DNA of 64,000 nucleotides from Sarea resinae (taxonomy: Eukaryota). The stretch lies in NCBI GenBank assembly GCA_026026165.1, contig JAPEUD010000068.1, positions 1-64,000 of the forward strand, read 5' to 3'. The notes beneath the pieces are model-generated. The model did not search any database. It saw only the letters and a program-made list of their open reading frames with translations, and was not told the origin of the DNA. This document shows positions 13,185-27,211 of the stretch, in pieces (position 1 is the first letter of the stretch; every line of letters begins with the position of its first letter). The position numbers and the translations under genes were made by a program.

Positions 13185-14196
13185 TTACAAGGTTGAGAGA
13201 TCACGCGTCGGCGGCGACGTAGCACTCCTGAAATCGCCGTTCAAGCTGAAGCCGGGAGAATGCGTAGAGCTCAAAACCTGGACGGATTGTTAGTTTTTCT
13301 GGTTTCAGAAATAGTAGAAGGGAACATACCACTTCAGCAACATCCTTGTTGATACGATCACTCATTGAAGCCATGTCCTTCTTCACATTCCCAATGAACG
13401 CCCGAATGTTCCTCTGCATCTCCTCTGGCGTGAAGCCCAGCTGGCCCACGGCCATCCTCACTACTCCCAATCTTTCTCGATATTCACTTCCTCCCACCAT
13501 GTCCTTGACACTTGTTGCGACATCCTTAACTACGGTTCCGTTCTTTGCACTAGGCATTAAACCTCTGGGGCCTAGTATCCGTCCCAAGCCGGCCTTGTTC
13601 AGCTTTTGCAGCGAATCTGTATGGCACAGACATCTGTCGAACTCGATTCTTCCATCTTTGACCGCTTCGAAGATGGCGTCCTCGCCAACCAAGGTGGCGC
13701 CGGCAGCCTTGGCTGCCTCGCCTTGCTTCGAGTCAGGCGGTGCAATAACGCAAATGCGGAGGTCAGTTTTCACCGGATGCGGGAGCCGGAGTCGGTTGCG
13801 GACGGTAGGGCCGTTCTTGATCGTCTTTAGTTTGACGTGCATCTCGTACTTTGAGGACGTGGGCGGTCGGCCGACTTCGAAAGCTCGAATGTATCTGGAT
13901 CGTGCCTGTCAGAAGAGCTCCATTGCAGCAGGCCAACACGCGTACCTCATAGCATCGCAGAGAGCAAATCGATCGATGTTCTTGAGATCGTACTGCGTAA
14001 ACTCGGACTTTGGCTTCCGCTTCTTCTTGGCATCAGCTTTCTTCGCCTTGGCCTTCTGCGCTCCTCCTCCGCCCGAGGCACATCGGAACTGCTGCTGCGG
14101 CGAGCAGATGGCTGCAGGAAGCCGAAATTGGGGCCGTAGGGTAGATGCAAAGTATTGTCTGCCCAGCTGGGTTATACCCGTCTTTGCGGATGCCAT
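13185..14196 (-). CDS. MRPL1: Mitochondrial ribosomal protein uL1m
   Basis: LGRILGPRGLMPSAKNGTV L1 motif and a presequence. Exons 14196-13946, 13894-13330, 13277-13185. Confidence 0.95.
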
Positions 14197-14379
14197 GGCT
14201 TGCAGGTGCTGCTCACTGATAGTCCCCGACGATTGAAGACGACATATATTGATCCCAAAAGATGCCGCGATTTGCCCTACAGTCGGTTACCCGGCAAAGG
14301 TAGAAAATTGCTTGTACTTCATACGGTGGCCGAGTTGATGATATGCATTAATGGCTCACAATCCGCCCCGAACAGAAAT

Positions 14380-14425
14380 TGACTCACGACCGGACTCACT
14401 CAGGCGTGACTTTGGGCGTGACTCG
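14380..14425. promoter_or_regulatory. Cluster of Gcn4/CpcA-type TGACTC(A) elements in the MRPL1/GUS1 promoter
   Basis: TGACTCA 14380-14386, GACTCA ~14393, TGACTT ~14407, TGACTCG 14419-14425. tRNA synthetase genes are typical cross-pathway-control targets. Confidence 0.65.
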
Positions 14426-14437
14426 TATGAAATACTA

Positions 14438-14453
14438 TGTACTGCGCAGTACA
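14438..14453. promoter_or_regulatory. 16-bp perfect palindrome TGTACTGCGCAGTACA
   Basis: Seen directly. Shares core and TACTATG flank with the element at 5540-5559. Confidence 0.5.
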
Positions 14454-14557
14454 GATGATATTCCATCCCACTTCGACCATATAAACCCCCGCCATTCCGT
14501 CTCTCTTCTGTTTATTTCCCCCCAATCCACTCAAGGAGAACTTCAAACATAATCAAT

Positions 14558-16796
14558 ATGGCGACTCTTACTCTCGCACTCAAGGCGAATCAATCATTAA
14601 CGGCTCCTGCCCTCCTCGTTGCTTCTTATGTCAACGAGAAGCAGCGCAGTCCTGTGGTGACGGTGAAGCTCGAGGATGTCGAAACGCTCAAAGACGGCGC
14701 GCCGGCTGAGCTGACGTCTGATTCTGGCTCAGCCTCATACGGGGGACTTGCGGCAGTCAGCAAATTAGTGGAAACGTTTCCCTTGTTGAAAAGCAAGCAA
14801 GAGCCATTGGTATTTCCCAAAAACCTTATTGGAATGGTTCGAGCGCTGACCCCAATGGTAGGAGAATGAGTGGATTTCTCGAGCTTCGGCATTCACGTCG
14901 CCGGACTTCAAGTCCGTCGAGAATCCTCTTGCGGAGCTTGATGCTCATCTTACTTTGCGATCCCATATCGTTGGATACACTCTCTCGGTCGCTGACCTCG
15001 CGGTTTGGGGAGCACTTCGCGGAAACCGCGCCGCTGTGTCTTATGTCAGACGAGGTCAAATGGCGAACTTGACCCGGTGGTTTAAATATATTGAGGAGAC
15101 AAATCCGTGGGTTGTGGCGGCCATTGAGACTCTCAATGCGCAGGCGAAAGAAAAGAAGAATGCCGAGGGCAAGAAGGGAGCTAGCTTCGAAATTGGGCTC
15201 CCCGATACGGAGAAGGGGGTCGTCACCAGATTTCCCCCAGAGCCCTCGTAAGTGCTTCGTCAAGTATAGTGAAACAACTCTAACGCATTTGACAGCGGTT
15301 ATCTCCATATCGGACATGCCAAGGCTGCATTGCTCAACGATTACTTTGCCCATGAGAGGTATCAAGGCAAATTGATCCTACGATTTGATGATACAAATCC
15401 TTCGAAAGAGAAAGAGGAGTTTCAAGATGCCATTGTCGAGGATCTTGCGATGATGGGCATCCATGCCGATGTGACGACTTACACCAGCGATTATTTCGAA
15501 CAGCTCTATCAGTACTGCATCCAAATGATTAAAGACGGAAATGCGTATGCCGATGACACAGACCAGATGACCATGAGAGAGGAGAGAGGGGAGGGAATCG
15601 CCAGCAAACGCCGCGATGCCACTGTCGAGGAGAATCTGGCTCGCTTTGAGGTGATGAAGACTGGATCAGAGGAGGGCCTAAAGTGGTGCATTCGTGCCAA
15701 AATTGCAGCTGATCACCCAAACAAAACGATGCGCGACCCGGTCATCTATCGATGCAACCCTATCCCCCATCACAGGACTGGCAGCACCTGGAAGATATAT
15801 CCTACGTACGACTTCTGCTGCCCAATTGTCGATTCTATGGAGGGCGTCACGCATGCGCTGAGAACAATCGAGTACCGCGAGCGCAATCAACAGTACCAGT
15901 GGATGATCGACGCCCTGAAGCTTCGTCCAGTACACGTCTGGGATTTTGCTCGCATGAACTTCATCCGAACTCTACTCTCGAAGCGCAAGCTTACGAAATT
16001 TGTCGACCAAGGCGTTGTCTGGGGTTGGGACGACCCGCGTTTCCCTACCGTTCGAGGTATTAGGAGACGGGGCATGACAATTGGCGCCTTGAGAGAGTTC
16101 ATTCTCAAGCAAGGCCCTAGCAGAAACATCGTCAACCTCGACTGGACCATCTTCTGGGCCACCAATAAGAAGTATATCGATCCCATTGCTCCTCGCCACA
16201 CTGCTGTCGTCACAGAGAATTCTGTTCCCGCAAAAGTTCTTGGTGCTCGAGCAGCGCCCTACACTGAGGACAAGCCTAAACATGGCAAAAATCCCGAGGT
16301 CGGCTTAAAGAAGGTCGCTTATAGCGGCTCAATCATCATCGACCAAGAGGATGCCAAATCATTCAAGCAGGACGAGGAGATCACGCTCATGAACTGGGGC
16401 AACGCCATCGTACGCAAGATCTCGCACTCGCTGAATCCGCTCAACAGCAACGTGACTGGTCTCGAGCTCGAGCTGCACCTCCAAGGCGACGTCAAGAAAA
16501 CCGAGAGAAAAGTGACGTGGCTTTCGACCGAGGGCCAGGAGTTGATCCCCGTTGACCTCGTCGATTTTGATTACTTGATCACGAAAGACAAGATCGAGGA
16601 GGGCGACAACGTCGAGGATTTCTTAACGCCAAAGACTGAATTCCATACCGCTGCGCTCGCGGACTGCAATGTTGCCGAGCTGAGGGCGGATGATATCATT
16701 CAATTCGAGAGGAAGGGTTATTTTCGGGTCGACAGGCCTTTCTTGCATGGAAGTCCCGCCGTCTTGTTCAATATCCCTACCGGGAAGACGAAGTAG
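14558..16796 (+). CDS. GUS1: Cytoplasmic glutamyl-tRNA synthetase with GST-like N-terminal domain
   Basis: TRFPPEPSGYLHIGH (split by an intron), LRFDDTNP, YPTYDF, LLSKRKL. Exons 14558-14809, 14862-15247, 15296-16796. Confidence 0.98.
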
Positions 16797-17373
16797 CAGC
16801 CCATGAGACTCGTATCGTCATTCGGCTTCGTCGCTGTCAGGGAACTTATCTGCAATCTTTTGAGGAAGCTTTTCTCATGGATCAGAGGCAAATAAAAGGA
16901 TATTGCTGATGTTGACGAATGAGTCGACGATGACGATACAGGCGTTTTGTTTTGCTTGCCGTATGATGGCTGCAGTGAACACTCCACCAGCATATATGGA
17001 TCTATGTACCAATCGATCATTAATTGCAAAGAAGGTGAAATCGTTGAGTTGTCAATGGTATGAAGCAGTGATAGGATATTCAAGATATCTAGATATCTAG
17101 ATAGAGGATGACGATGATGACTAAAATGATGATGATGATAAAAGGTCTTTCACTGAGAATCCCTGCCCGTACGCCCGTTCTGTTGCTTTCGACAACTTCC
17201 CACTAAGATAGATCCTTAAATTTCATTCGTAGCCTCCAATGAAACGCCTGTACGAACGCCCGCCCGACCTCACCTCGTTGGAGACGAGACGTATTACTGC
17301 CCGCAATGCACTACCAACCAAGAGAGAGGGTATAGCCGTCCAATTTGAACAAATAAGAGGCCAGAGACGATGT

Positions 17374-18891
17374 CTACGCCGATGGAGGACCATCCAGCAC
17401 CGCTTTCGTGAGTCGTGGTCGATGAGCCTCGAGGACCTTGGCACCAATAATCGAGCCCAGGCGCTCGACGAGCTTTTGCTTGGTCTCGTCGTCGATGGCA
17501 CCACTGCCCGCTGCTGCCGTTGTATCGCCGTTGGTCGCGAATTCCTCGCCCGCTGTAACGTCGGCGAACGCATTCTGTTCCAAGCGCGCCAATGCCTCCA
17601 TCAAAGCCTGCACCACCATCTCGGCCTCCCTTCTCCGGCCCTCCTGCATACTGCCCAGCGCCTCCGCGAGCACGCTGTCATATTCCTTGAGGTTCGGCAC
17701 GATGAGCACTTTCACGACGTCGGCGCCGCCGATGCCCGCGAGACCCAGGATCGCGCCGTAGTGCACGCCGAGGGGCTTGGAGGGGTCCAGGAAGTGCTTG
17801 AGGCAGGTTCGTGCCAGGCGCGGTTTTAGCGTGTGCGAGGTTTTGGCGTACTTTTGTGATATCGAGGTGATGAGGGATGAGGCTAGGGAACGGAGTGGGT
17901 AGGATGCTAGTGGTGTCTGAGTGGGCCCGAGATGGCGGCCTACGAGGCAGGTTAGGACGGGAGGGATTATTGAGGATATCTGTGGGGATGCACTGTTAGT
18001 CCGGTGTCTGGAAAATTGGGGGCAAGGAGAGGACATACGTAGGGATCAACATAGAGGCTGGAGTTGTCTAGCATGGCCGATGTGAGATGCATCATCTGCT
18101 CGAGGACGAACAGGTTCTTGAGACTGTGCGTCACTTTCTCGGCGACGAACTGCACGAAGTACGGCACCAACTGATGGAGACCGGGGTCGCTTCGTAAGCT
18201 TGCTAGAGCAGCGACGCGGTATTCTTCATTGATCTCGTCGAGGACCGCACTGCAGATGCGGTCGAAGTAGAGTTGCAGCTCCTTGGACAGGATGTGCTTG
18301 ACGAGGGGCTTAACGGCAACATTATCGTTGCCGCTGATAGCTGCCAGGCTGGCCGAGGCGCCGGGGCCCTTGGGCACCAGCTCTTGGTTGCGTGAGTCAG
18401 CGGTGGTGGGGTTTTGGGGGATGGAAGGCTGGACGCCTTCGACGGCGAGCCAGTGTGCTGTCGTGAGCTTGAGTTAGCAAGATACAGAGATACGCAACGT
18501 CCTACACAGTACGTAGCTCACCTGTTATGGAGATTTCTCGTGGCACCTTGGGCAGCGGGGCATTGATCAATTTCTCGAAATCAACCTCTTCATCCTCGAC
18601 GTAGAACAGTGGCTGACCGGGCCCGATGGAAGCTTCACCGAAGCGCAGAGGTCGCGTTGACTCATACCCATACAGCGGCTCGACATCGAGAACTCTCAGC
18701 GCCTGTGAGATGTCCTGCGTGGACAAGGTGGTGCGCTTGCCATGGCGCATGAATTTGAGGGCTTCTTCCAGCACTTGTGATAGCCGGTACTCAACATCAC
18801 GGGAGAGGTTCTCGACAACTTCATTGCTGAGAGAAGGAATGCCGACGGATTCGGCGACGTCGCGGACGTTGTCGGGGTTCCACACCGACAT
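17374..18891 (-). CDS. TAF6: TFIID/SAGA subunit Taf6
   Basis: Histone-fold DVEYRL...[44 protein letters not shown]. Exons 18891-18522, 18457-18039, 17979-17374. Confidence 0.97.
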
Positions 18892-21281
18892 TGTGGAGAG
18901 TGCGCTGGGGGTTGAGATGGGAGATGGGGAGATGGGGAGATTGGTTGTGGTGGTGGTGATGATGATAATCTGGAGGTGAGAACGGAGGCCAGCTTATCAG
19001 ATCTAATCCCGGTTGGTTTGGCGACGTCGATCCTCGACCTCGAGCTCAACACCATCGATATTACCGGATCGAGGTAGTTGTGTGCAGTGACCAACTTCAA
19101 CTTCTTTCGACTGATGACTTCTTCATCGCTCAACGTACTACTTGTTGTTCTACTGGTTCTCGAGATTTCAACCTCAAAGACGCTGGGAAATCACAATCCG
19201 GCCGCCCAGGAAATAAGCCTTCCCTTAATAATCCATGATGGGTAGTCATCGTTGCGAGCAACAACGGCTGTCTTTCAGCTTCTTACTGACCTTTCCTCCA
19301 GCAAACACAGCTCCCTAAGTGCTAAGAAAACCAATAGAGTGATGACGGCTAAAGGCTGCTTGGAAGTTTTCAGATTTAGTGGGCGATCCCCGACGACTAT
19401 CGCCCCAGTCGTTCTTGACCTACGTAAGGAGGAGGATTTGCAGCCACCCAGGCAAGCACAGACAATCCGTTGTGAATCAGAATTGATTTCCTCATGGTAA
19501 GCCTGGTTGATCAAATGGCTCATACACAATGTATGAAACTGTCGACTCGGGGACGTTTCACTCCGAAGACGCAAAGGGCATGAAATTCCGTTCAAAGATC
19601 GCTAGCAAACTGCGGATATCGGGCCTGACGGCAACCAACGGCAACTGCCAGCCAGGAGGATACCATTGACCCGGAATCTAATAGCTTCGCATAGATCTTC
19701 CACGGGCTCAGCAATGGCATTCCCTGGCGGCATCGTGTGGGGTCGAACTCTGTTTGATGACAAGATGAGATGAGTAGGTCTCCGCTCTATGGCGGGGTTA
19801 ACGGTCTTTTCACAGTACTCAATTGAACGCGATTTGAACGCGATCTGGCATCTCGGTTTACCGTTGGCTGGGTCCCAGATTGTTACGCAACTACTTCAAA
19901 TATTGCTCTCTTATCGCTTTTCCGTCTACGCAAGTGAAGGAAGGTCAAGCGTATTAATGCAGACGGATGGCGTCGAGCAATCTCAAACTCACCGCCTCTT
20001 GAAGCTCATAATATGATATCCTGTCATGGCCACTAATTCCCCCGGATTTCTGCAGTCACGTCAGGAACCGCATATGATACCACTCTCCCGGGAACAGGGG
20101 AAATGCAGCCACTTCCAGGCCGTATGCTTCTTGCCATAGAACATCAAAGTTCGGGTGGCACAGAAATCGTTCCCGGACCAAGCCAACTTACCATGCGTAT
20201 GCAAGAAACGCTCTAGCTACAACCAAATGTGAGATTTCGAGCCATGAATTCCAGAGTCTGATATTACAGTCCAAGACCGGCGCTTTCCAGCACAGCCACT
20301 CTCGGGCCCTCCTTTCTAGCTCTCATCTTGTTACTACTAGTGATTGGGAATTATTTTCTAGTACTAAATCACACGCGGCGGGAACCGGCATTCGGTTGAG
20401 ATACCCCCTGCAAGATCTACCGGGGATCTAGGCTAACACTTCTATTCTTGGAAGCATCCGTCCGGGCCGGCTTTTGGAATTCCCCTGTTTGTCGTTGCAG
20501 CGCCATGCTGCAGGCTACAGGCTGCGCGTCCCCTTGACCTTGCAGCCGCCCAACGCACGCCATCTTCTATCCATGCTCCGCCGGCCATTATTGTTCTCCA
20601 TTTATCTTTCACCTCCATTTTGTTCCCCCGAAAGTTTTATTTTTCCGTTTGGTAACATTACGTCGTAAAACCTATCTCTCCAAGCGAAAGCATTGCCCCC
20701 TCTGTGTAAAGCGCTCATGCATGTGTGGATGGTTCCCTGCATTTGCGGGTCGAGGATTACTCCTACTTTTGCGTATCACGACGACGACGACCGTTTTCCT
20801 GCAAGCAATAAATGGCGTGGTAGTTTGCTTCGTTGAAGCCCCTGACGTCTGTGCTCCGTGTCTAATTCGTCAATCCCGCGTGGAAATGAATCTTGAATGC
20901 AGCTTTAAAAAAGCTTGGAGATCTCACTCAATGCAGTGTCAATCTTTCTCCTGATTGCTCAATCGCTGGTGATTATCTTCTTCATAACCTCCAAAAGACA
21001 TAAATTTCCTGTCACTTGCAGATCATATTGTCTTCCACCTCGATCAACTTCTACGTTTAGCAAGCTAGTCCACCTTCACACACAACATTCATCTACTCTT
21101 CGGGGTTCAAGACACCTCATCCGGTCTCCATTGCCACAACAACCTTTTCTGCTACATCATCTGTCAACTCAATCCTTAATAATCTACACTCATCCACCAA
21201 ACAACAACTCTCTGTCTTGCCTACGAACTTCAACATCTTCGAAGTCAAGCTTCTCATTTGACACAAGTCCAGTCAATTTCG

Positions 21282-21613
21282 ATGTACCATCAAGTCCGCT
21301 CTCCCACGATGCAACAATCCACAATTATCACACGCTACACCTTCCGTGAGCGCTCCAGCTCGGACCCGCCATCCCCGCCCCCTCAGCCGCCGCCAAGCCC
21401 GTCGCGTTCCTGGCCTCGGGGCGAGGTCTCAGACCCTCTTTCCATCTCTATCGACGGACATACAGCGGTCAGTCTCAGCTGCCCTGTTGCTATATGGCTG
21501 TGATTATACTTGTACCTGCATGCTATGGGTCGAACGTGGAGATGTTGGAGTGCTTTCATATTGCGTCTTGCATTAGCTAACAATGATCGTATAACATCTA
21601 GGGACTGGACTGA
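21282..21613 (+). CDS. Candidate 65-aa proline-rich small protein (two exons)
   Basis: Exon 21282-21467, intron 21468-21601 (GTCAGT...GCTAAC...CTAG), exon 21602-21613. Product MYHQVRSPTMQQSTIITRYTFRERSSSDPPSPPPQPPPSPSRSWPRGEVSDPLSISIDGHTAGLD. No family recognised. Confidence 0.4.
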
Positions 21614-21724
21614 CTGCCTGCGTTTTCACCACATCCAGCTCACGGGAAAACATGTCCAGGAATGGGATGGATGAGTGAGCATTTGCTGTCTACTTGCATG
21701 TCACGAAGAGAAGGTGAGTCAGAT

Positions 21725-22400
21725 CTATACCGTCTCATCTTTTGAATCAGAGTTATATTCCTTCTCGGTTGCCTTGGTTGATGCTTGATTTACTACGGTC
21801 TCGGTAGTCTTGGGAGTTCTGACGTTAGCTGACCGCACGCTCTCTGGCTTAGGGGGATTTATGAGTTCTACACTCGTTATTGTCTCATTTTCAATGGTGC
21901 AAGGTTTCACGGCATAGCTGCTGAGGTACTACGAGGGTTAATGATAACATCCGCTTTCATACTTGAGGACCAAGGATGGTGGTATGAGGTCTGGTGTTTT
22001 CATCGCACGATGGACGTGGAGGGTCTTCTTTGTTTCTGTAGCTTCTAAGCAGGCACGCAGAGGCGCCGCCAGTCAACCACTTGAATAGCCAGTAATTGAG
22101 CTGAAGAATAGAAAATCAACAATAATTCTCACGATGCACTTGCTGATTTAGTCTTTCAATCTGTCAACCTTCACCTTGTGTTCAGATGTCCGGACTTCTT
22201 ACCCGCCTCTTCCCTTACCTCTTCTTTTGCCTCTCCTCTTGCCTCTCCTCTTGCCTCCCCTTTTGCCTCTCCTCTTACCTCTTCTCCACCTCCTTCTCTT
22301 CACTCTTCTTCTCTGCCTTGCATCTAGGACTTTCGTCTCTTGTCAATGGATGTTTTAATTCAGTACCTTCTTTAACTTCAGCACGGTTTAATAGGCAGCA
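21725..22400 (-). pseudogene. Possible degenerate gene relic with a K/E/R-rich 12-bp repeat
   Basis: One minus-strand frame reads ...KAEKKSEEKEVEKR*EERQKGRQEERQEERQKKR*, with TAA stops where sister units have CAA. Intron-like signals and a T/E/K-rich tail (21910-21725) follow. Confidence 0.25.
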
Positions 22401-23135
22401 GACGACCACTGTTCTACTGGCTGAGTGTAGGAATCCTAAGGTACAACAACATAGGTCTACTCTGACTCGAAATCGAAGTAAATACGATTTTCATTATTGT
22501 CGGTACATCGTCCCCTGCCACAAGCATGTGAATGTCCGAAGTCACCCAAGTGAATTATATTTGTACCATGACATACTGGAATATATGCCTAGGTACTTAC
22601 TAGGCATAACCAAAATGTGAAGCTCGCTGAGTGAGAACGGCCTCGACTGTGACTGTGAAAATGGATCCCATCATCGCTGATAGAGCAGACTACTATAGGT
22701 TCATTGGATTGAATAGAATATGTCTTCCATTACATTATCGAGAAGGGATATGACAGAGGTATCAGTGGTCTGGTCAGGGGCATTTGGTAGCAACAATCGA
22801 AGCTCGGCTCATAAAGGTTCATGCCATACCTAGCTCTAGAGCACGGCGCGAGCCGAGGTTCCCCATGAATATTAGTGAACATCACGCAGATCGTGTGGGG
22901 AAGCATTGCCGCAGTACGAACAAGCCCGTGAACTTCAAACAACGATCATGCATCATTACTATCATCATAGCCATCTCGAATAGATATAGAAACCACCCTT
23001 CTAGAGCTCCTCATTTTCTTGCCGAGCATCTTCTCGATGATAGACGGCGCCTACGTCCAGAAAAGTACGACTGTTATTCTTCACGTCAATACGCCCTGGA
23101 ACTCATAGGTCGGGAATTCATACCATCGTTCCAAC

Positions 23136-24379
<1,244 letters not shown>

Positions 24380-24802
24380 GGTATGGTCACAGGCGCACAT
24401 CTTCACAACTGCATTTGCCGGGTATTCAGGATCTCTTCACGTCTGCCAGAAGCCTATTCAGAGACATGACCTCTCACGCGGGCCTCTCAATTTCAAATGC
24501 TATGTGGTGTATGCCGTACAGTAATGCCCATCCTGCCGCACCAGGTCCTCTCCTCTGCCCCGATGATGCTCTCGATATGTGACCCTGAATATGAAACGCA
24601 CCGAATCACTGAAGACGGATTATAATGCGCGATTAACGACGGGTAGTCTCCTCTCCGGGACCTGTGAGGTTATCGACAGAATGCCGATGAAAAGAAACCG
24701 GCCACTCATCATACCCGGCGGGGATAGAGTGGTCGACGTGAAGGCCCCGTGGTGTGAGAGGAGAGAGAAGAGAGAAGAAGAAGAGGAGAAAGAAAACCGA
24801 CA

Positions 24803-24829
24803 AGAGAGAGAGAGAGAGAGAGAGAGAGA
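24803..24829. repeat. (GA)n microsatellite upstream of SDH3
   Basis: About 13 uninterrupted AG units. Confidence 0.95.
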
Positions 24830-24901
24830 CGAACGAGACGGCTTATGTAATCGTTCCGGCACTCAGCGATGAGCTCCAGGATGCAAGCGAATTCGCTTCG
24901 G

Positions 24902-24921
24902 AATGGCACGGCCATGATTGG
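24902..24921 (-). promoter_or_regulatory. Candidate CBC:HapX bipartite site CCAAT-N12-ATT upstream of SDH3
   Basis: Minus strand CCAAT CATGGCCGTGCC ATT fits CSAAT-N12-RWT. The motif has low information content. Confidence 0.45.
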
Positions 24922-25200
24922 ACCGGGTCGATCATCGGGTTCCGTGACATAACCGAGTGCCGATGCTCTCGATCGCCAACGAGCTGGACATTATCGAGAC
25001 TTCTGTTGCTTCATCGTCAGCTTCATCATCACCATCACCATCACCATCTCTCTCCTTCTCTCCCTCAGCACGCTCTCTCCGCCAGACCCTGCTCGACCTG
25101 CTCTGCTCTTCTCTGCCCCCAACACCTGAGATCTCTCGCCCTCGACTCTTCTCGTTCACTCAAGACGGTCCCCGGTCCACGGTCCCCATTCTCAGCCATC

Positions 25201-25991
25201 ATGTTCGCTCAGAGAGTTGCCCAGCAATCGATGCGGCGGTGTAAGTACCAGCCAGCCAGCCAGCCCTTATTTCCGGCGATGGTCGGATCCGACATCCAGA
25301 GCTCATCTTGCTGACTGCGGGATTCCTTATCTAGTTGCCGTGCAGCAGCCCTGCGGATTTGCGAAGTCGGCCATTGCCAAGTTCGCTGCGCCTGCCGCCG
25401 TGGCCACGAGCAATTACGTGCAAACCAGGTGAGCGTTTGCCAGCGTGGCCCTCCTGTCTTCTAGCCACTGCCATCTAGCGATGCCCGTTCATCCAGACTG
25501 AAGAGTGATTGTTCAATCGCCATGTCCACTAACGGCTCACCCCCACTAGACCCGTCGCAACCCAAAATGTCAAGCACGACGAGGCATATCAAATCCTGGT
25601 GGACCAACGCAAGAACCGACCCATCTCCCCGCATCTCACCATCTACCGCCCGCAAGTGACCTGGTATCTGTCCGGACTGAACCGAATCACAGGCTCGGTG
25701 CTCGGCGGCGGGCTTTACATCTTCGGCGCAGCCTACCTGGTGTCGCCGCTCTTCGGCTGGCACCTCGAATCGACGGCACTGGCGGAGACGTTTGGCGCTC
25801 TGTCGACGCCCAGCCAGGTCGCGATCAAGACCGTCGCCGTCTTCCCCTTTGCTTTCCACTCGCTCAATGGCGTCAGGCATCTCATCTGGGACTTGGGCTA
25901 CGACTTTAAGAATAAGCAGGTCCAGAGGAGCGGATGGATTTCTCTCGGCTTGAGTGTGGTTGCGTCGGGGTACCTGGCTTGGTTCATCTGA
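25201..25991 (+). CDS. SDH3: Succinate dehydrogenase cytochrome b560 subunit
   Basis: QRKNRPISPHLTIY, LNRITG, HSLNGVRHLIWD. Exons 25201-25240, 25335-25428, 25550-25991. Confidence 0.97.
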
Positions 25992-26499
25992 AGTGGCTGT
26001 CTTTGCCGAGGGAGCGGAGGAGAATTTGAGGTTGAAGTCGAAGTTGAATGCTGAGAGAGGAAGAGGCGTTTAGTGACGTAGTGGATGGAGGTGGTGGTGG
26101 TGATGTTCTGTTTCGTTCGCGTGCTCCCCTTGGCTCGTCATCCGCCGTTCTTTTCCGTGTGTCGCGTTGCGATCAATGATTGAGTCCCTTCCCCTCTCGT
26201 CCTTATCCTTATCCTCGACCCCGCCTCGAAGATAAAAGGTCCCAGACGAAAGGAAGCAGAAAACATGGCATGCGGTTCCGGACAACGGCGAGAGGAACCA
26301 GAGGATAGTAGAACGGCGCCGGCGGTAGGGTCCTCCGGGACAAGGACAGGCGGGCGAGAAAACCCCCCCTCGGTTGTATTGTGCTTACTCCTCCCGCACC
26401 CTTCCCCTTCCCCAGCCTTTTCCCCACTTTTCCCTTTTCCACTCTATGCGTACAGCCAGCAGCAGCAGCCCGCGCGCGCGAGCAAACCATCTCGATCAA

Positions 26500-26841
26500 T
26501 CTTTTCTTTTTCTTTTTCTTTTTTTTTCTACTTATGTCTATTCTATCTATCTACACGATCAGATCAATCGTCAAACGTGTTCAGAAGACCAAAAAAACAC
26601 GGCAAATACCAAAACTTCTACATTTTCGTTCAGTTTTGTTTCGTTCTCGTATGTATTTGTATCTCCTCGTCCTTTTTGATGGGATGGATGGATGGATGGA
26701 CGTGTTTCGCAATGTGATGTAATGTGATGCAATGCGGAGAAGAAAAGAAACTTGGCCGAAGAAAGCGGGGGATGCGGGATGGGGAAAAGGAGAGGGAGGG
26801 AGGGAAGGGGGGGGGGCTGATGTGTACTTTATCTTCCCTTG

Positions 26842-26875
<34 letters not shown>

Positions 26876-27211
26876 TTGATTTCTATTTTTTTATCCATGT
26901 ATCTTATTATCGAAACTAGGTGGTTTTTTAATCGGTTTACCTCGTCGGAAAAGAAAAGAAAAGACACTAAGTCTGCCGTTCTCGATGTGATTTCGAAGAT
27001 AGATGGGTGGACTGATTTGATAGATAGGTAGAGAGGTAGAGAGAGGGAGGGAGGGAGGAGGAGGTTTGAGAGTAGACCGTGACAGTAACAGGAACGGTAA
27101 CAGGAACGGTGACAGGAACGGTGACAGGAACGGTAATGGCATCACAACGACGGCAAAAAGAATTGAGATGGCAGAGACGGCGAAAAGAAAGAAGAAGAAG
27201 AAGAAAGAGGA
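26500..27211. repeat. Microsatellite-rich spacer between convergent SDH3 and CFD1
   Basis: T-rich tracts, (GGAT)n ~26683-26700, G run ~26807-26817, (GATT)n ~26842-26870, 12-bp GT(G/A)ACAGGAACG tandem ~27085-27135, (AAG)n. Confidence 0.9.

Noticed and set aside
22584..22608. 9-bp inverted repeat TATGCCTAG-N7-CTAGGCATA as a transposon end
   Set aside because: Isolated hairpin with no partner terminus, target-site duplication or transposase.
27085..27135. Short direct repeats considered as CRISPR-like
   Set aside because: 12-bp head-to-tail units with no spacers, in a eukaryotic context with no cas genes.
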